Origin: Clostridia bacterium
GTDB taxonomy: Bacteria; Bacillota; Clostridia; Oscillospirales; CAG-272
Direction of reading: 5' to 3'
Assembly: GCA_017472285.1 (NCBI GenBank)
Contig: JAFUQQ010000013.1
Location: 8,527 to 72,526 of the forward strand
Length of the DNA stretch: 64,000 nt
The position numbers and the translations under genes are program-made. Positions within the stretch are counted from its first letter, which is position 1. Each line of letters opens with the position of its first letter. The notes beneath the pieces were generated by a model, which did no database searches, was not told the DNA's origin, and worked only from the letters and a program-made list of their open reading frames with translations. Below are positions 1-9,098 of this stretch, piece after piece.

Positions 1-198
1 GAAGCAACCGCCGAAGGTATCAAACGCATCAACGAAGCCATGCCTTCCGATAAAGTCATCGCGATCAAGAGCCTCGAAACCTTTGAAAAAGTTGCCGACG
101 GCAAAGCAACCAAGATCATCATCCCCAGCGAGATTCAATCCCTCGCATCCCTTACCGCAAGCCTGAAAGGCTTGACGGAAGACGACAAACCCGAATAA
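1..198 (+). CDS. SPFH/band-7 (QmcA-like) membrane protein, 3' end only
   Basis: Frame +1 reads EATAEGIKRINEA...IKSLETFEKVADGKATKIIIPSEIQSL...*, which resembles the C-terminus of Firmicutes SPFH proteins; TAA at 196-198. Confidence 0.7.
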   Translation, partial: EATAEGIKRINEAMPSDKVIAIKSLETFEKVADGKATKIIIPSEIQSLASLTASLKGLTEDDKPE

Positions 199-201
199 TC
201 A

Positions 202-232
202 AAAAAGACGGATTCCGCGGAATCCGTCTTTT
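202..232 (+). terminator. Rho-independent terminator
   Basis: aaaagacggattc-cgcg-gaatccgtctttt hairpin right after the stop codon. Confidence 0.8.
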
Positions 233-305
233 AATTATTTGGATGTTCGGGATGCTGTCCCGAAACCTTCTATGTGGGGAGGGTTATTATTTTTGGAAAT
301 TGGAC

Positions 306-335
306 TTGACGATGCGTGGATATTGGTGTTATAAT
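306..335 (+). promoter_or_regulatory. Sigma-A promoter of the small toxin-like gene
   Basis: TTGACG (306-311), 18-bp spacer, TGnTATAAT extended -10 (330-335). Confidence 0.7.
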
Positions 336-429
336 ATGCATCGGAGTTACCAATTTAACGGTGGCGGTTTCTTTCCTCGTTTCGAGGGAGGATGATCTTT
401 GCTCCCTCGAAAGAGAGGGGGTGATGTGC

Positions 430-573
430 GTGTACATGACATATGAACAGTTTTTACTGTTTTGTACGTTTATACTTGCGCTTTTATCGTATGTACATAC
501 GCTGTACATGAAAAATAATGATAAAAAAGATAACCGCCCAACTTCCCCAAGTTCCGGTTATCTTTTTAACTAG
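430..573 (+). CDS. Small hydrophobic peptide, putative type I (holin-like) toxin; start 430 GTG or 436 ATG
   Basis: SD GAGGGGGTG upstream; MTYEQFLLFCTFILALLSYVHTLYMKNNDKK has one transmembrane helix plus a charged tail; an antisense promoter and terminator overlap its 3' end. Confidence 0.7.
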   Translation: MYMTYEQFLLFCTFILALLSYVHTLYMKNNDKKDNRPTSPSSGYLFN

Positions 574-607
574 CAACGAGGAAGAGACCGTCATCGGTAA
601 CTCCTTC
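523..607 (-). ncRNA. Putative cis-antisense antitoxin RNA (about 85 nt)
   Basis: Minus-strand promoter TTGACT(642-637)-17 bp-TAAAAT(619-614); hairpin aaaaagataaccg...cggttatcttttt (524-567) has a U-tract on the minus strand. Confidence 0.6.
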
Positions 608-649
608 ACTTATATTTTATATCAAATGCGGGAAAAAGTCAATATGGTT

Positions 650-688
650 TATAAAAATCAGGAGGATTTTCATCCTCCTGATTTTTAT
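650..688. terminator. Bidirectional terminator between the toxin locus and rubrerythrin
   Basis: tataaaaatcaggaggat-tttc-atcctcctgatttttata perfect inverted repeat. Confidence 0.8.
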
Positions 689-698
689 AAAGTGAATA

Positions 699-1238
699 TT
701 AATAGTTTTCTGCTTTGATCTGGAAATAGCTCTGAGGATGTGCGCAAACGGGGCAGAGCTGAGGAGCTTTCTTGCCGACCATGATATGACCGCAGTTGGA
801 GCACTGCCATACCATATCGCCTTCGCGGGAGAATACGATACCGTCTTCGATATTTGCGAGGAGTTTGCGATAACGTGCTTCATGTTCTGCTTCGATCTTT
901 CCGACCATTTCAAAGAGAGCGGCGATTCTGGTGAAGCCTTCTGCTTTTGCATCTTCGGCGAAACCTTTGTACATATCGGTCCATTCGTAATTTTCGCCCG
1001 CTGCCGCATCCTTGAGGTTTGCCATTGTATCGGGAACACCGCCGTCATGAAGGAGTTTGAACCAGATCTTTGCGTGTTCTTTTTCGTTCTTTGCCGTTTC
1101 TTCAAAGAGTTCACCGATCTGAACGTAACCGTCCTTCTTTGCTTTGGAAGCGTAATAACCGTATTTGGTATATGCCTGCGATTCGCCTGCAAACGCTGCC
1201 ATCAAATTCGCTTCTGTTTTTGTGCCTTTGAGTTCCAT
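699..1238 (-). CDS. rbr: Rubrerythrin
   Basis: [20 protein letters not shown], di-iron ExxH motifs, C-terminal WQCSNCG...CPVCAHP rubredoxin-like domain. Confidence 0.95.
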   Translation of the reverse strand: MELKGTKTEANLMAAFAGESQAYTKYGYYASKAKKDGYVQIGELFEETAKNEKEHAKIWFKLLHDGGVPDTMANLKDAAAGENYEWTDMYKGFAEDAKAEGFTRIAALFEMVGKIEAEHEARYRKLLANIEDGIVFSREGDMVWQCSNCGHIMVGKKAPQLCPVCAHPQSYFQIKAENY

Positions 1239-1286
1239 AATGTGTCTCCTTTTCCGCCGTTTATAACGGCTTTATATTTTTTAAAA

Positions 1287-2978
1287 TTATTCTTTAGGCA
1301 GTTCATCGAAAAGATGCTTCATACGGATGGTGACAGAGGATTCTTGCGGTGTGAATTCCGTCAGTGCCAACGTGAATTTCTTCTGGTCAGCGGGGAAGGA
1401 ACCGCGCATCGTTTCACCGTAAGTATGTTTCATGAAACCGCCTTCGATTTCAAAATATTGAGAACCGTTGATAAAATATCTTGCGTTTCCGTTCAGATAT
1501 GCATATGTACCGGCTTTGGGGGAGATGGCAATGCTGTCCGTCAGGAGCTTGCCGCCGACGGGAAGAATGATCTCGAATTTCGTGGGAACGGCATCGCAAC
1601 CGTTTGCGCGGAAATCAAAGCGGATACCGTCTTCAAGGATATGGATATCGATCTCTCTGTGGAGGTTCTGGATATTGATCGTGTCACGTTTGGAATGATC
1701 CATTCTGCGCCAATCGGAAGTTTCCGGTTTTTCGGCAAGCGTGGAACGATAGCCTGCTTTTTCGTCACCGATCAGACGGAACCCGTCTTCGATCTCGACG
1801 ATTCGGTTGGCGCGGAAGGGCGAATGAGGATCGCCGAAGAACGAGCCTGCATAACGGAATTGTACGATGGATGAACCGTAATTGAGCTGACAGAAAACGG
1901 GATGGCGCGTACAGAGCGCGGTGACTGTCGCATTCAGCTCGGGTTTATAAATTCTTGCGATACGGCTATGGGGAAGGAAAACGGTCTGATCTTTTGCGGG
2001 TGCCTTCGGAATGATCTTTTCAAATTTTTCTTCTTCTTCGGGATGGAGCAGAGAATAGATGATGAGATAATGATAATGCTGACCGTATTTTTTGAGGTAT
2101 TCATCATAATACGTGTCTGCCATATAAGCAAATTCGGGATTTTCATCGCGGAGCGCGAGGATCGCATAATAGGGATAATATTTCGCAATGGAATATTCGC
2201 CGCCCATATCCCAACGGGTAGAGTTAAGTGTATTGATGGTATGATCCGGCTCGATGAAGCTGAACATCAGGTTCAGATTACGTCTGGGGGGGCAATAATA
2301 TGCGTCGTTGCCCGAAAATTCTGCCCAGACAAGAAAAGAATAATCGCAAATGATATTATAAGATCCCGTGGAACGCTCGGTATATTCACCGCATTCATCG
2401 CAGTCGATGCCTTCCATCAGGAATTTATCGATGGTCGCCTGATATTTGGGATCTTTGATAAAATGATAAACGATGGATAGCGCGGAGCAGATGACCCAAC
2501 GGTGATTGGGTGTATGGAAACCGAGAGTTGCCATCGCATCGCCCATACGTTTCATAATTTCGAGATATTTATTGAAAAGCTTGTCCTCAAGGGGAGTGTG
2601 TTCGGTATATCGTTCAATGAGCGCGGCGGGTGCTAACAATCCTTGCGCGTGGAATGCGGTCTGCGCGGGGTCGTGGAAATTGGTCACGGCAAGATCGGCA
2701 GAGCCGTCTTCATGCAGATAGGCTTCATACATACAAAGGGATTCATACGCGTATTCCAGCATTTTTTCATCACGGTAATGCGGCGTACCTTTCGTATAAT
2801 AAGCGATGACGAGCATAATGGATTGCGAACCGAGATACATACCGTCCGGAACACCGCTTACGGCTGTATTGAGCCAGGTGTCATCAAGAACGGGATCTTT
2901 ATGCATCTTGTGGGTCTTGATGTAATCATCCGTTTTGCTACAAACGAAATCTCTGAAAAGCTGGTAATGGTTTCTCAT
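1287..2978 (-). CDS. Conserved hypothetical protein, possibly an alpha/alpha-toroid heparinase/lyase-like fold
   Basis: Long ORF; SD GAAGGAGG before ATG at 2978; motifs GFHTPNHRW, GEYTERSTGSY, NSTRWD. Confidence 0.55.
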   Translation of the reverse strand: MRNHYQLFRDFVCSKTDDYIKTHKMHKDPVLDDTWLNTAVSGVPDGMYLGSQSIMLVIAYYTKGTPHYRDEKMLEYAYESLCMYEAYLHEDGSADLAVTNFHDPAQTAFHAQGLLAPAALIERYTEHTPLEDKLFNKYLEIMKRMGDAMATLGFHTPNHRWVICSALSIVYHFIKDPKYQATIDKFLMEGIDCDECGEYTERSTGSYNIICDYSFLVWAEFSGNDAYYCPPRRNLNLMFSFIEPDHTINTLNSTRWDMGGEYSIAKYYPYYAILALRDENPEFAYMADTYYDEYLKKYGQHYHYLIIYSLLHPEEEEKFEKIIPKAPAKDQTVFLPHSRIARIYKPELNATVTALCTRHPVFCQLNYGSSIVQFRYAGSFFGDPHSPFRANRIVEIEDGFRLIGDEKAGYRSTLAEKPETSDWRRMDHSKRDTINIQNLHREIDIHILEDGIRFDFRANGCDAVPTKFEIILPVGGKLLTDSIAISPKAGTYAYLNGNARYFINGSQYFEIEGGFMKHTYGETMRGSFPADQKKFTLALTEFTPQESSVTIRMKHLFDELPKE

Positions 2979-3121
2979 AAACGAGTACCCTCCTTCAATT
3001 TGTCTTTTCGCAAGCATTTTACCATATCGAAAGAGAATAGTCAATGACATGAGAGAACTTTTTTGTATAAAATTGCTGTATACGGTAGAAAAAATCTTGC
3101 CGTACACAGCAGAAAGATGGT

Positions 3122-3532
3122 TTACGCAGTCACAGTCGGCGGGATTTCTTCTGCGTTTGTATTGGCAGCAACGGCATGCGGTTCGGGTGTACCCAAGCCG
3201 AAGCTGATGGTGATGGCGGTATTGACCTTTTGCATAAGTACGTCGTCAATATGTCCCATTTTTTCACGCAAACGGGTCTTGTCAATGGTGCGGATCTGTT
3301 CCAGAAGGATCACGGAATCCTTGACGAGTCCGAAGCGTTCGGCATATACGTCAATATGCGTAGGTAATTTCGCCTTTCCCAGACGGCTGGTGATGGCGGC
3401 GGCAATCACGGTCGGGCTATGTTTATTTCCAATGTCATTTTGTACGATCAGAACCGGTCGGAGTCCGCCTTGCTCACTGCCGACGACAGGGCTGAGGTCT
3501 GCGTAATAAATATCTCCGCGTTTGATGGTCAA
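3122..3532 (-). CDS. mazF: PemK/MazF family mRNA endoribonuclease (EndoA/NdoA-like), no adjacent antitoxin
   Basis: [33 protein letters not shown]...AAITS...KLPTH...[14 protein letters not shown]; TTG start. Confidence 0.93.
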   Translation of the reverse strand: MTIKRGDIYYADLSPVVGSEQGGLRPVLIVQNDIGNKHSPTVIAAAITSRLGKAKLPTHIDVYAERFGLVKDSVILLEQIRTIDKTRLREKMGHIDDVLMQKVNTAITISFGLGTPEPHAVAANTNAEEIPPTVTA

Positions 3533-3750
3533 TTTGGCTCACTCTTTCTTTTTTAAAACTTTCATTTTCTTGTATGTGAAGAAAATGCGGAAGGTGTTTC
3601 TCCGCTTTCTGATCTTATTTTTGACAGCTTCCCCTGTCCTTAATCAAACAAAAACAGAGAAACACCTTTCCTATACTCATAGTATTTCCTCAAATCCGAT
3701 TTTGATACAACGATATCATATCTCCGCCCAAATTCCTCAGAGTGCACAGT

Positions 3751-3823
3751 GAAAGTTTTGAAAGATTTTCAAGAAAACTTTTTCAAAAGTTTTCTTGAAG
3801 CAGGTATGGGCGGCAGCCCATCG
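3751..3823. repeat. REP-like palindromic repeat (AAGTTTTTGAAG family)
   Basis: Two hairpins (caagaaaacttt/aaagttttcttg; atgggc/gcccat); related copies at about 9005-9098, 18411-18450 and 59867-59902. Confidence 0.5.
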
Positions 3824-3835
3824 TAAGGCAGCCCG

Positions 3836-5086
3836 TCATAACGTATGCGCGATTTTCAGCAGGCGGTTGTATTTGGCAACGCGCTCACCGCGCGCGGGTG
3901 CGCCGGCTTTGAGATAGGGTGCGCCGACGGCAAGGGCGATATCAGAAATAAAGGTGTCGGCGGTTTCACCGGAACGGTGAGAAATGATGGGGGCATAGCC
4001 GTTTTGCTGCGCCAGATGGATGGTATCGAGGGTTTCCGTCAGTGTTCCGACTTGATTGGGCTTGATGAGGATCGCGTTGGCAAGGTCTTTTTCGATGCCT
4101 GCGGCAAGACGGGATGTGTTGGTCACGAAAAGATCGTCACCGACAAGAAGCGTTTTTTTGCCAAGTTTTTCTGTGATATATTTCCAGCCTTCTTCATCGT
4201 TTTCACCGAGCGGATCTTCGATGGAAAGGATGGGATAGCGTTCCAGATAACCGTCAAATTGCTCCGTTAGCTCTTTTGCCGAGCGTTTTATTTTGCGTTT
4301 GGGGAGCTGATATGCGTTTCCTTTTGCCCATTCGCTTGCGGCAACGTCAAGGGAAATTTTAACCGTTTCCGTATCATAACCTGCCGTGCGGATGGCTTCC
4401 AGAAGAAATTCTATGGCATCTTCATCGCTTTGCAGATTCGGCGCGAAACCGCCTTCGTCACCGACGGCAGAGGAAAGACCGCCGCGTTTCAGGAGACTGC
4501 CGAGCGTATGATAAATCTCACAGCCGATGCGTACCGCTTCCGCAAAAGAAGATGCGCCGACGGGGACGATCATAAATTCCTGAATATCGATATTGTTATC
4601 GGCATGACGGCCGCCGTTCAGGACGTTCATCATGGGACAGGGAAAGCGTTTTGCACCGTAAATACCGCCGAGATAGCGATAAAGGGGCATTTCATAGGCA
4701 TTTGCGGCGGCACGGGCGGCGGCAAGCGATACGGCAAGGATGGCATTTGCGCCGAGATTGTGTTTGTTTTTGCTTCCGTCAAGCTCGATGAGTTTTTCGT
4801 CGAGCTTTCTTTGTGCGCTTGCGTCAAAATTTCGGATGGCGGGAGAGATCGTTTCTTCGATATCACGGCAGACGGTTTGTGTGCCTTTTCCGAAATATCG
4901 CGCGGTGTCACCGTCGCGCCGTTCGTATGCTTCGCCTTCTCCTGTGGATGCGCCCGAGGGGACGGATGCCGTGCCGCACGCGCCGCCTTCCAGAGAAAGA
5001 TGTACGCTGACGGTTGGATTCCCGCGGGAATCGAGTGTTTCAAACGCGGTCACAGAGGTGATTTTTTTGCTTGTCATAGGCTTCAT
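3836..5086 (-). CDS. eno: Enolase (phosphopyruvate hydratase)
   Basis: LDSRGNPTV, VPSGASTG, NGGRHA, VGDEGGFAP, VGDDLFVTN, SHRSGET, KYNRLL motifs. Confidence 0.96.
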   Translation of the reverse strand: MKPMTSKKITSVTAFETLDSRGNPTVSVHLSLEGGACGTASVPSGASTGEGEAYERRDGDTARYFGKGTQTVCRDIEETISPAIRNFDASAQRKLDEKLIELDGSKNKHNLGANAILAVSLAAARAAANAYEMPLYRYLGGIYGAKRFPCPMMNVLNGGRHADNNIDIQEFMIVPVGASSFAEAVRIGCEIYHTLGSLLKRGGLSSAVGDEGGFAPNLQSDEDAIEFLLEAIRTAGYDTETVKISLDVAASEWAKGNAYQLPKRKIKRSAKELTEQFDGYLERYPILSIEDPLGENDEEGWKYITEKLGKKTLLVGDDLFVTNTSRLAAGIEKDLANAILIKPNQVGTLTETLDTIHLAQQNGYAPIISHRSGETADTFISDIALAVGAPYLKAGAPARGERVAKYNRLLKIAHTL

Positions 5087-5371
5087 ATCCTTTCTTTGAT
5101 CGTTTAAAACGTGATTGGACTTGCCTCTTTTGCATATTATGAATATAAAAACAGGGGGAACAACGAATCATAACTGTGAAAAGGGACAAAAAATTTTTAA
5201 AGACTTGATTTTTTTTTCAATCTGTGATATACTCATAAACAATTAAAGTGGCTATGTATAGCATTCAAAAAAATGCGTCGGATTATACTCTTTTTCACGA
5301 TTTTATTGTTGCTCCTGAACAAATTTTCGCCGTGTTTTTTGACTCAAGTGAAAAGAAAAGGAAGAAATTTT

Positions 5372-5983
5372 ATGAAAAAGAAAATTCTTGTGACCGGTTT
5401 TGAGCCGTTCGGCGGCGATACGAGAAATCCTTCCGGAGAGGCGGTGATTGCCCTTCCTTCTTCCGAAGATTATGAAATGGGTAAGCTCATTCTGCCTGTT
5501 TCATGGAAGCGTGCCTTCCCTGAGATCGAAAAAGCATGGGATGCATGGAAGCCCGATGCGCTTCTGATGGTCGGTCTTGCGGCAGGTGCGAGTGCGATCC
5601 GTATTGAACGCGTTGGTATCAATCTTTGCGGCGCGACAAAAGATATCGACGGTCTTTATGCGGACGGTACGGAGGATAGTTGCGCGGAAAAACCGATCCT
5701 TGCGGATGCGCCCGATGCGTTTTTTGTGACTTATGATGAAAAAAAGATTCTTGATGCTTTAAAAAAAGCGGAAATTCCCGCGAAATATTCTTATTCGGCA
5801 GGTACATATATCTGTAATTATTTACTCTATTCTTCTCTTGCCAAGAGAAAAAGAGAAGATGCCGATATGCAGATCGGTTTTATTCACGTTCCTTATGCGG
5901 AAGGTCAGAGAGAAGATTTCCCCTCGATGCCGCTCGATACGATCGTATCCGCACTGGAGACCGTTCTGTCCGAAATGTTTTGA
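5372..5983 (+). CDS. pcp: Pyroglutamyl-peptidase I
   Basis: KILVTGFEPFGG...NPS, IRIERVGIN, SAGTYICN, GFIHVP (Glu-Cys-His triad). Confidence 0.92.
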   Translation: MKKKILVTGFEPFGGDTRNPSGEAVIALPSSEDYEMGKLILPVSWKRAFPEIEKAWDAWKPDALLMVGLAAGASAIRIERVGINLCGATKDIDGLYADGTEDSCAEKPILADAPDAFFVTYDEKKILDALKKAEIPAKYSYSAGTYICNYLLYSSLAKRKREDADMQIGFIHVPYAEGQREDFPSMPLDTIVSALETVLSEMF

Positions 5984-6007
5984 AATTTGTGAAAGGTTGG
6001 TATCACC

Positions 6008-6745
6008 ATGAAAATGGCAAAGATCATTACTGCAATTGCATTATTTTTAGGACTGATTCTCGTTGGTGTTGCCTGTTCCGCATCCGATAAGGTGGAAACA
6101 CAGGTATATGATTATCTGGATAAAAAATATGACGGTCTTAAGTTTGAGATCAAAGGATATACACAGGATAAATCCATGAGCGGACGCTATGAAGTCGAAG
6201 TGCTTTGTAAAGAAACGGGTGTTTCTTTTATGGTTTATCATACCCCCATCATGACGACGGATAGTTATGCCGTCGCGCAGGCAAATGCTTATATGGATGA
6301 CGATTTGCATGAGATTCTCGGCGCAGCTTGGGATCTTGCAAACGTGGAATTCATCCAATGGCAAGATCATTTCGCTGAAGAAAGCACAGGTTACAAATTC
6401 CGTGAAGTCGATATGGCGGGCATTCCGTATAATCCGTACAATCTGACGGAAATTTACCGCGTGAAATTAAAAGATATCAAAAATCCCAACGATGCCGCGC
6501 AATGCGTGGATATGGTCATCACGGTTCTGAATACGAAGGGTATTTCTCTTGAAAAGATTACGTTTGAATTTGTCCTCGGAGAAGATACCATCCTCTTTAC
6601 GACCGATACCGATACCGTTCTCGGTACGACTTACGATATTCTCGAAATCCTTTTCACCCGTGTCAATTCCAATGAGGATGAGGGTAATCTTTTCTATCGC
6701 AATCCCGATTCCAAAGCAAAAATCATCGAATATTTCAAGCCTTGA
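6008..6745 (+). CDS. Hypothetical lipoprotein
   Basis: Signal peptide with lipobox-like GVAC; SD GAAAGG. Confidence 0.65.
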   Translation: MKMAKIITAIALFLGLILVGVACSASDKVETQVYDYLDKKYDGLKFEIKGYTQDKSMSGRYEVEVLCKETGVSFMVYHTPIMTTDSYAVAQANAYMDDDLHEILGAAWDLANVEFIQWQDHFAEESTGYKFREVDMAGIPYNPYNLTEIYRVKLKDIKNPNDAAQCVDMVITVLNTKGISLEKITFEFVLGEDTILFTTDTDTVLGTTYDILEILFTRVNSNEDEGNLFYRNPDSKAKIIEYFKP

Positions 6746-6749
6746 TAGG

Positions 6750-6781
6750 AAAAAGAGCGTTGCTTCGGCAACGCTCTTTTT
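6750..6781. terminator. Bidirectional terminator
   Basis: aaaaagagcgttgc-ttcg-gcaacgctcttttt between convergent genes. Confidence 0.85.
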
Positions 6782-6795
6782 CGTTATAACTTTAT

Positions 6796-7326
6796 TTATC
6801 CCGTATAGATGGGATTCAGGGCGAAACGGTTATGATCGAGCGCGAGGCGATCCCATGTGGTACTGTCAACGATGCCTGTTTCGGCAAGGCGATTGATGCG
6901 TTGAAAGATACGGATAGCGGCTTCCGTTTTTTCATCGTAGATGCCCGAAATATCGATGTCATCAAAAATATCGTAGGCAACGTCAATGCTTGAAAGCATG
7001 ATCTGAATGATATAAACAAGATCGCTTTCTTCGCCTCGTTCCACCTTATAATCACCGCCCGGAAACGGAAAGAGCGCAAGTCCCCGCCTTGTCAGTCGCA
7101 ATGCGTTCTGATAAGCGTTCGTGATCGCTGTCCACGTACCGAAATCGACGATCCCCGTTGGCGCAAGTCCCGCACCCGTCTGAAAAGCAAGCACGGCTCT
7201 TTCCGTTTCGGGACCGAAAATGCCGTCGGGATTGATGATGGGAAGCAAAGGATCCGTTTGTGAGAGCAAACGAAGCATGGTTTGAAGCTCATAAATTTCC
7301 GTGCGTTGATTGTTTGTTTGCGGCAT
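6796..7326 (-). CDS. Peptidoglycan-binding protein (two PG_binding_1 domains)
   Basis: DGIFGPETERAVLAFQ...TGIVDFGTW and GIYDEKTEAAIRIFQ...TGIVDSTTW. Confidence 0.85.
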   Translation of the reverse strand: MPQTNNQRTEIYELQTMLRLLSQTDPLLPIINPDGIFGPETERAVLAFQTGAGLAPTGIVDFGTWTAITNAYQNALRLTRRGLALFPFPGGDYKVERGEESDLVYIIQIMLSSIDVAYDIFDDIDISGIYDEKTEAAIRIFQRINRLAETGIVDSTTWDRLALDHNRFALNPIYTG

Positions 7327-7347
7327 AAAATCTCCTCCGTATTTGCG

Positions 7348-8748
7348 TTAAGATTGAGAAAGCTCATTGCCCGAAAATTGTCCCTCACTCCGAATATTGC
7401 CCGATTCGGCATCGTTATAGATATCCGCGAGGGTATCCCAGACGAGCGGACCTGTGATGCCATCAACATCCAGACCGAACAATGTTTCTGCGGCATAGAT
7501 CGCATCCCGTGTATCTTCATCATAAACACCTGTGATCGGCACGGGCGGTATCGCGGGATAGATGGAAGAAGCGACGTTGATAAATTCCTGTAATTGCACT
7601 ACGTCCTCTCCCGTATCGCCAAGCTGTAAGAATCTGCCCGGAAAAGGAATGATCGCCGTGCCGACCTGTTCGGGTGTCAGACTGCGGATATCGCCGAGAT
7701 AATCGTCATAGATGAGATTCCACGTTGCATCATCGACGATTCCCGTTTGCGGAAGTCCTGAAAATGCCTGAAATGCAATTACGGAATTTCTTGTCTGTTC
7801 ATCGTAAACACCGCTGTATACGGGTGCGGGGATTGCAGAATTGAAAAAAGAAATTGCCGTCAGAAAATATTGAATCACTTCCACGGATTCTCCCGTATCA
7901 CCAATCGCAAGTGTTCCGGGGAAAAATTTGGAAACGTCTTCAAGTCGAAGCCCTTCGCTTTCCAATTCGTTGAGTTTTTTGACGGCATTATATACGAATT
8001 GTATTTTATACCACGTTGCTTTTCCGACGATACCGTCTTCCGTCAGATTGAAGATATTCTGAAATTTTTTGACGGCATTTTCCGTTTCGATACCGAAAAA
8101 ACCATCCACGGGCAGAATTTTTGGGATTGCGGGATAATTGGCGGAGATACGGTTCAGACGCGATTGGATAAAGGCAACGTCATTGCCGACAGAACCGCGG
8201 CGAAGCAAAATTTCGGGCTGTGACGGTTGAATTTCCGCGATCGGTGCATTGGTAACGAGTGAAATATCATTGCCGTAAAAACGGGTCAGGATATCAAATG
8301 CGCCGAGACCTTGCTCCGCAAGCGGCACCGTTCCCCATTGGGAAAGTCCGTTGCAGGTCGTTGTCGTGCCGTTGCAATAGACCGCAAAAAGCGGCTCGAC
8401 ATTGCCGTTCCTGACGATATAATTATTGAAGATTTCATCCACGATCTTACTGATGTTTTCAAAAATATCCCTGCCGTTAACAAAAGATTGATCGATACCC
8501 GTATTGTTCGTGATATCAAAATCATAACCGAGGGAGGGATAATATTCCGTATAGATACGGTTGAGCGCAAAGGATATCTGCGCTAAAATATTGGCGCGCA
8601 AGGCACTTTCCGGCCATGTCGGAAAGATTTCGCTGGAAGCGACATTCTTTATGTAGTCTGGAAAAGAAACCGTGACGTTAGGCGCATTGCTGTCGGGCGC
8701 GCCGAGGTGGACGCGTATGGTTTCGGGAATGATCGGTAAATTTGGCAT
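7348..8748 (-). CDS. sleC: SleC-like spore cortex-lytic enzyme (catalytic region plus three PG-binding domains)
   Basis: IPETIRVHLG...DYIKNVASSEIFPTWPE...ALNRIYTEYY...YCNG...C.GLSQWG matches the clostridial SleC mature region; SD GAAGGAG. Confidence 0.85.
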   Translation of the reverse strand: MPNLPIIPETIRVHLGAPDSNAPNVTVSFPDYIKNVASSEIFPTWPESALRANILAQISFALNRIYTEYYPSLGYDFDITNNTGIDQSFVNGRDIFENISKIVDEIFNNYIVRNGNVEPLFAVYCNGTTTTCNGLSQWGTVPLAEQGLGAFDILTRFYGNDISLVTNAPIAEIQPSQPEILLRRGSVGNDVAFIQSRLNRISANYPAIPKILPVDGFFGIETENAVKKFQNIFNLTEDGIVGKATWYKIQFVYNAVKKLNELESEGLRLEDVSKFFPGTLAIGDTGESVEVIQYFLTAISFFNSAIPAPVYSGVYDEQTRNSVIAFQAFSGLPQTGIVDDATWNLIYDDYLGDIRSLTPEQVGTAIIPFPGRFLQLGDTGEDVVQLQEFINVASSIYPAIPPVPITGVYDEDTRDAIYAAETLFGLDVDGITGPLVWDTLADIYNDAESGNIRSEGQFSGNELSQS

Positions 8749-8760
8749 AAATACTCCTTC

Positions 8761-8809
8761 CCGCTTTTCTTTACGGAAAGAAAAGCTTGGCAAAAGAAAC
8801 GCTCTGTGG
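8761..8809 (-). repeat. Dispersed hairpin repeat (family A) fused to the sleC ribosome-binding site
   Basis: Reverse complement ccacagagcgtttcttttgccaagcttttctttccgtaaagaaaagcgg, nearly identical to 22851-22902 and 33089-33178. Confidence 0.85.
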
Positions 8810-8869
8810 TGGCACAGACTCTGTTTTGATGAGATTTTGGTATTTGGGAGTAAGTACTACGTACTCTAT

Positions 8870-8965
8870 GTGAAAAGAAAAAGCTCACTGTATTGCTTTA
8901 GCAATACAGTACGAAATGAAACGGCAGGCAGTGCCTGCACCCCTATGTTACCTCTGTTTTTATTT
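8870..8965 (-). repeat. Degenerate family A repeat (GGGGTGCAGGCACTGCCTGCC subtype)
   Basis: gaaacggcaggcagtgcctgcacccctatg..cctctgt is the reverse complement of the segments at 16501-16541 and 28278-28318. Confidence 0.75.
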
Positions 8966-9098
8966 TGAGGAGATTTTGGGGCATAGGTGTCGGGCGTTGC
9001 ACTGTTTTGATAAAATTTTTAAGGGAGGCGGCAACTTGCCGCTTTTTGCGGAGGGGCTTGGGGAGGTGCTTGAAACCAAGCATCTCCCCATCGTTCCC

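Noticed and set aside
316-429. 85-aa version of the toxin ORF starting at 316
   Set aside because: That start lies inside the promoter; the SD supports a start at 430 or 436.
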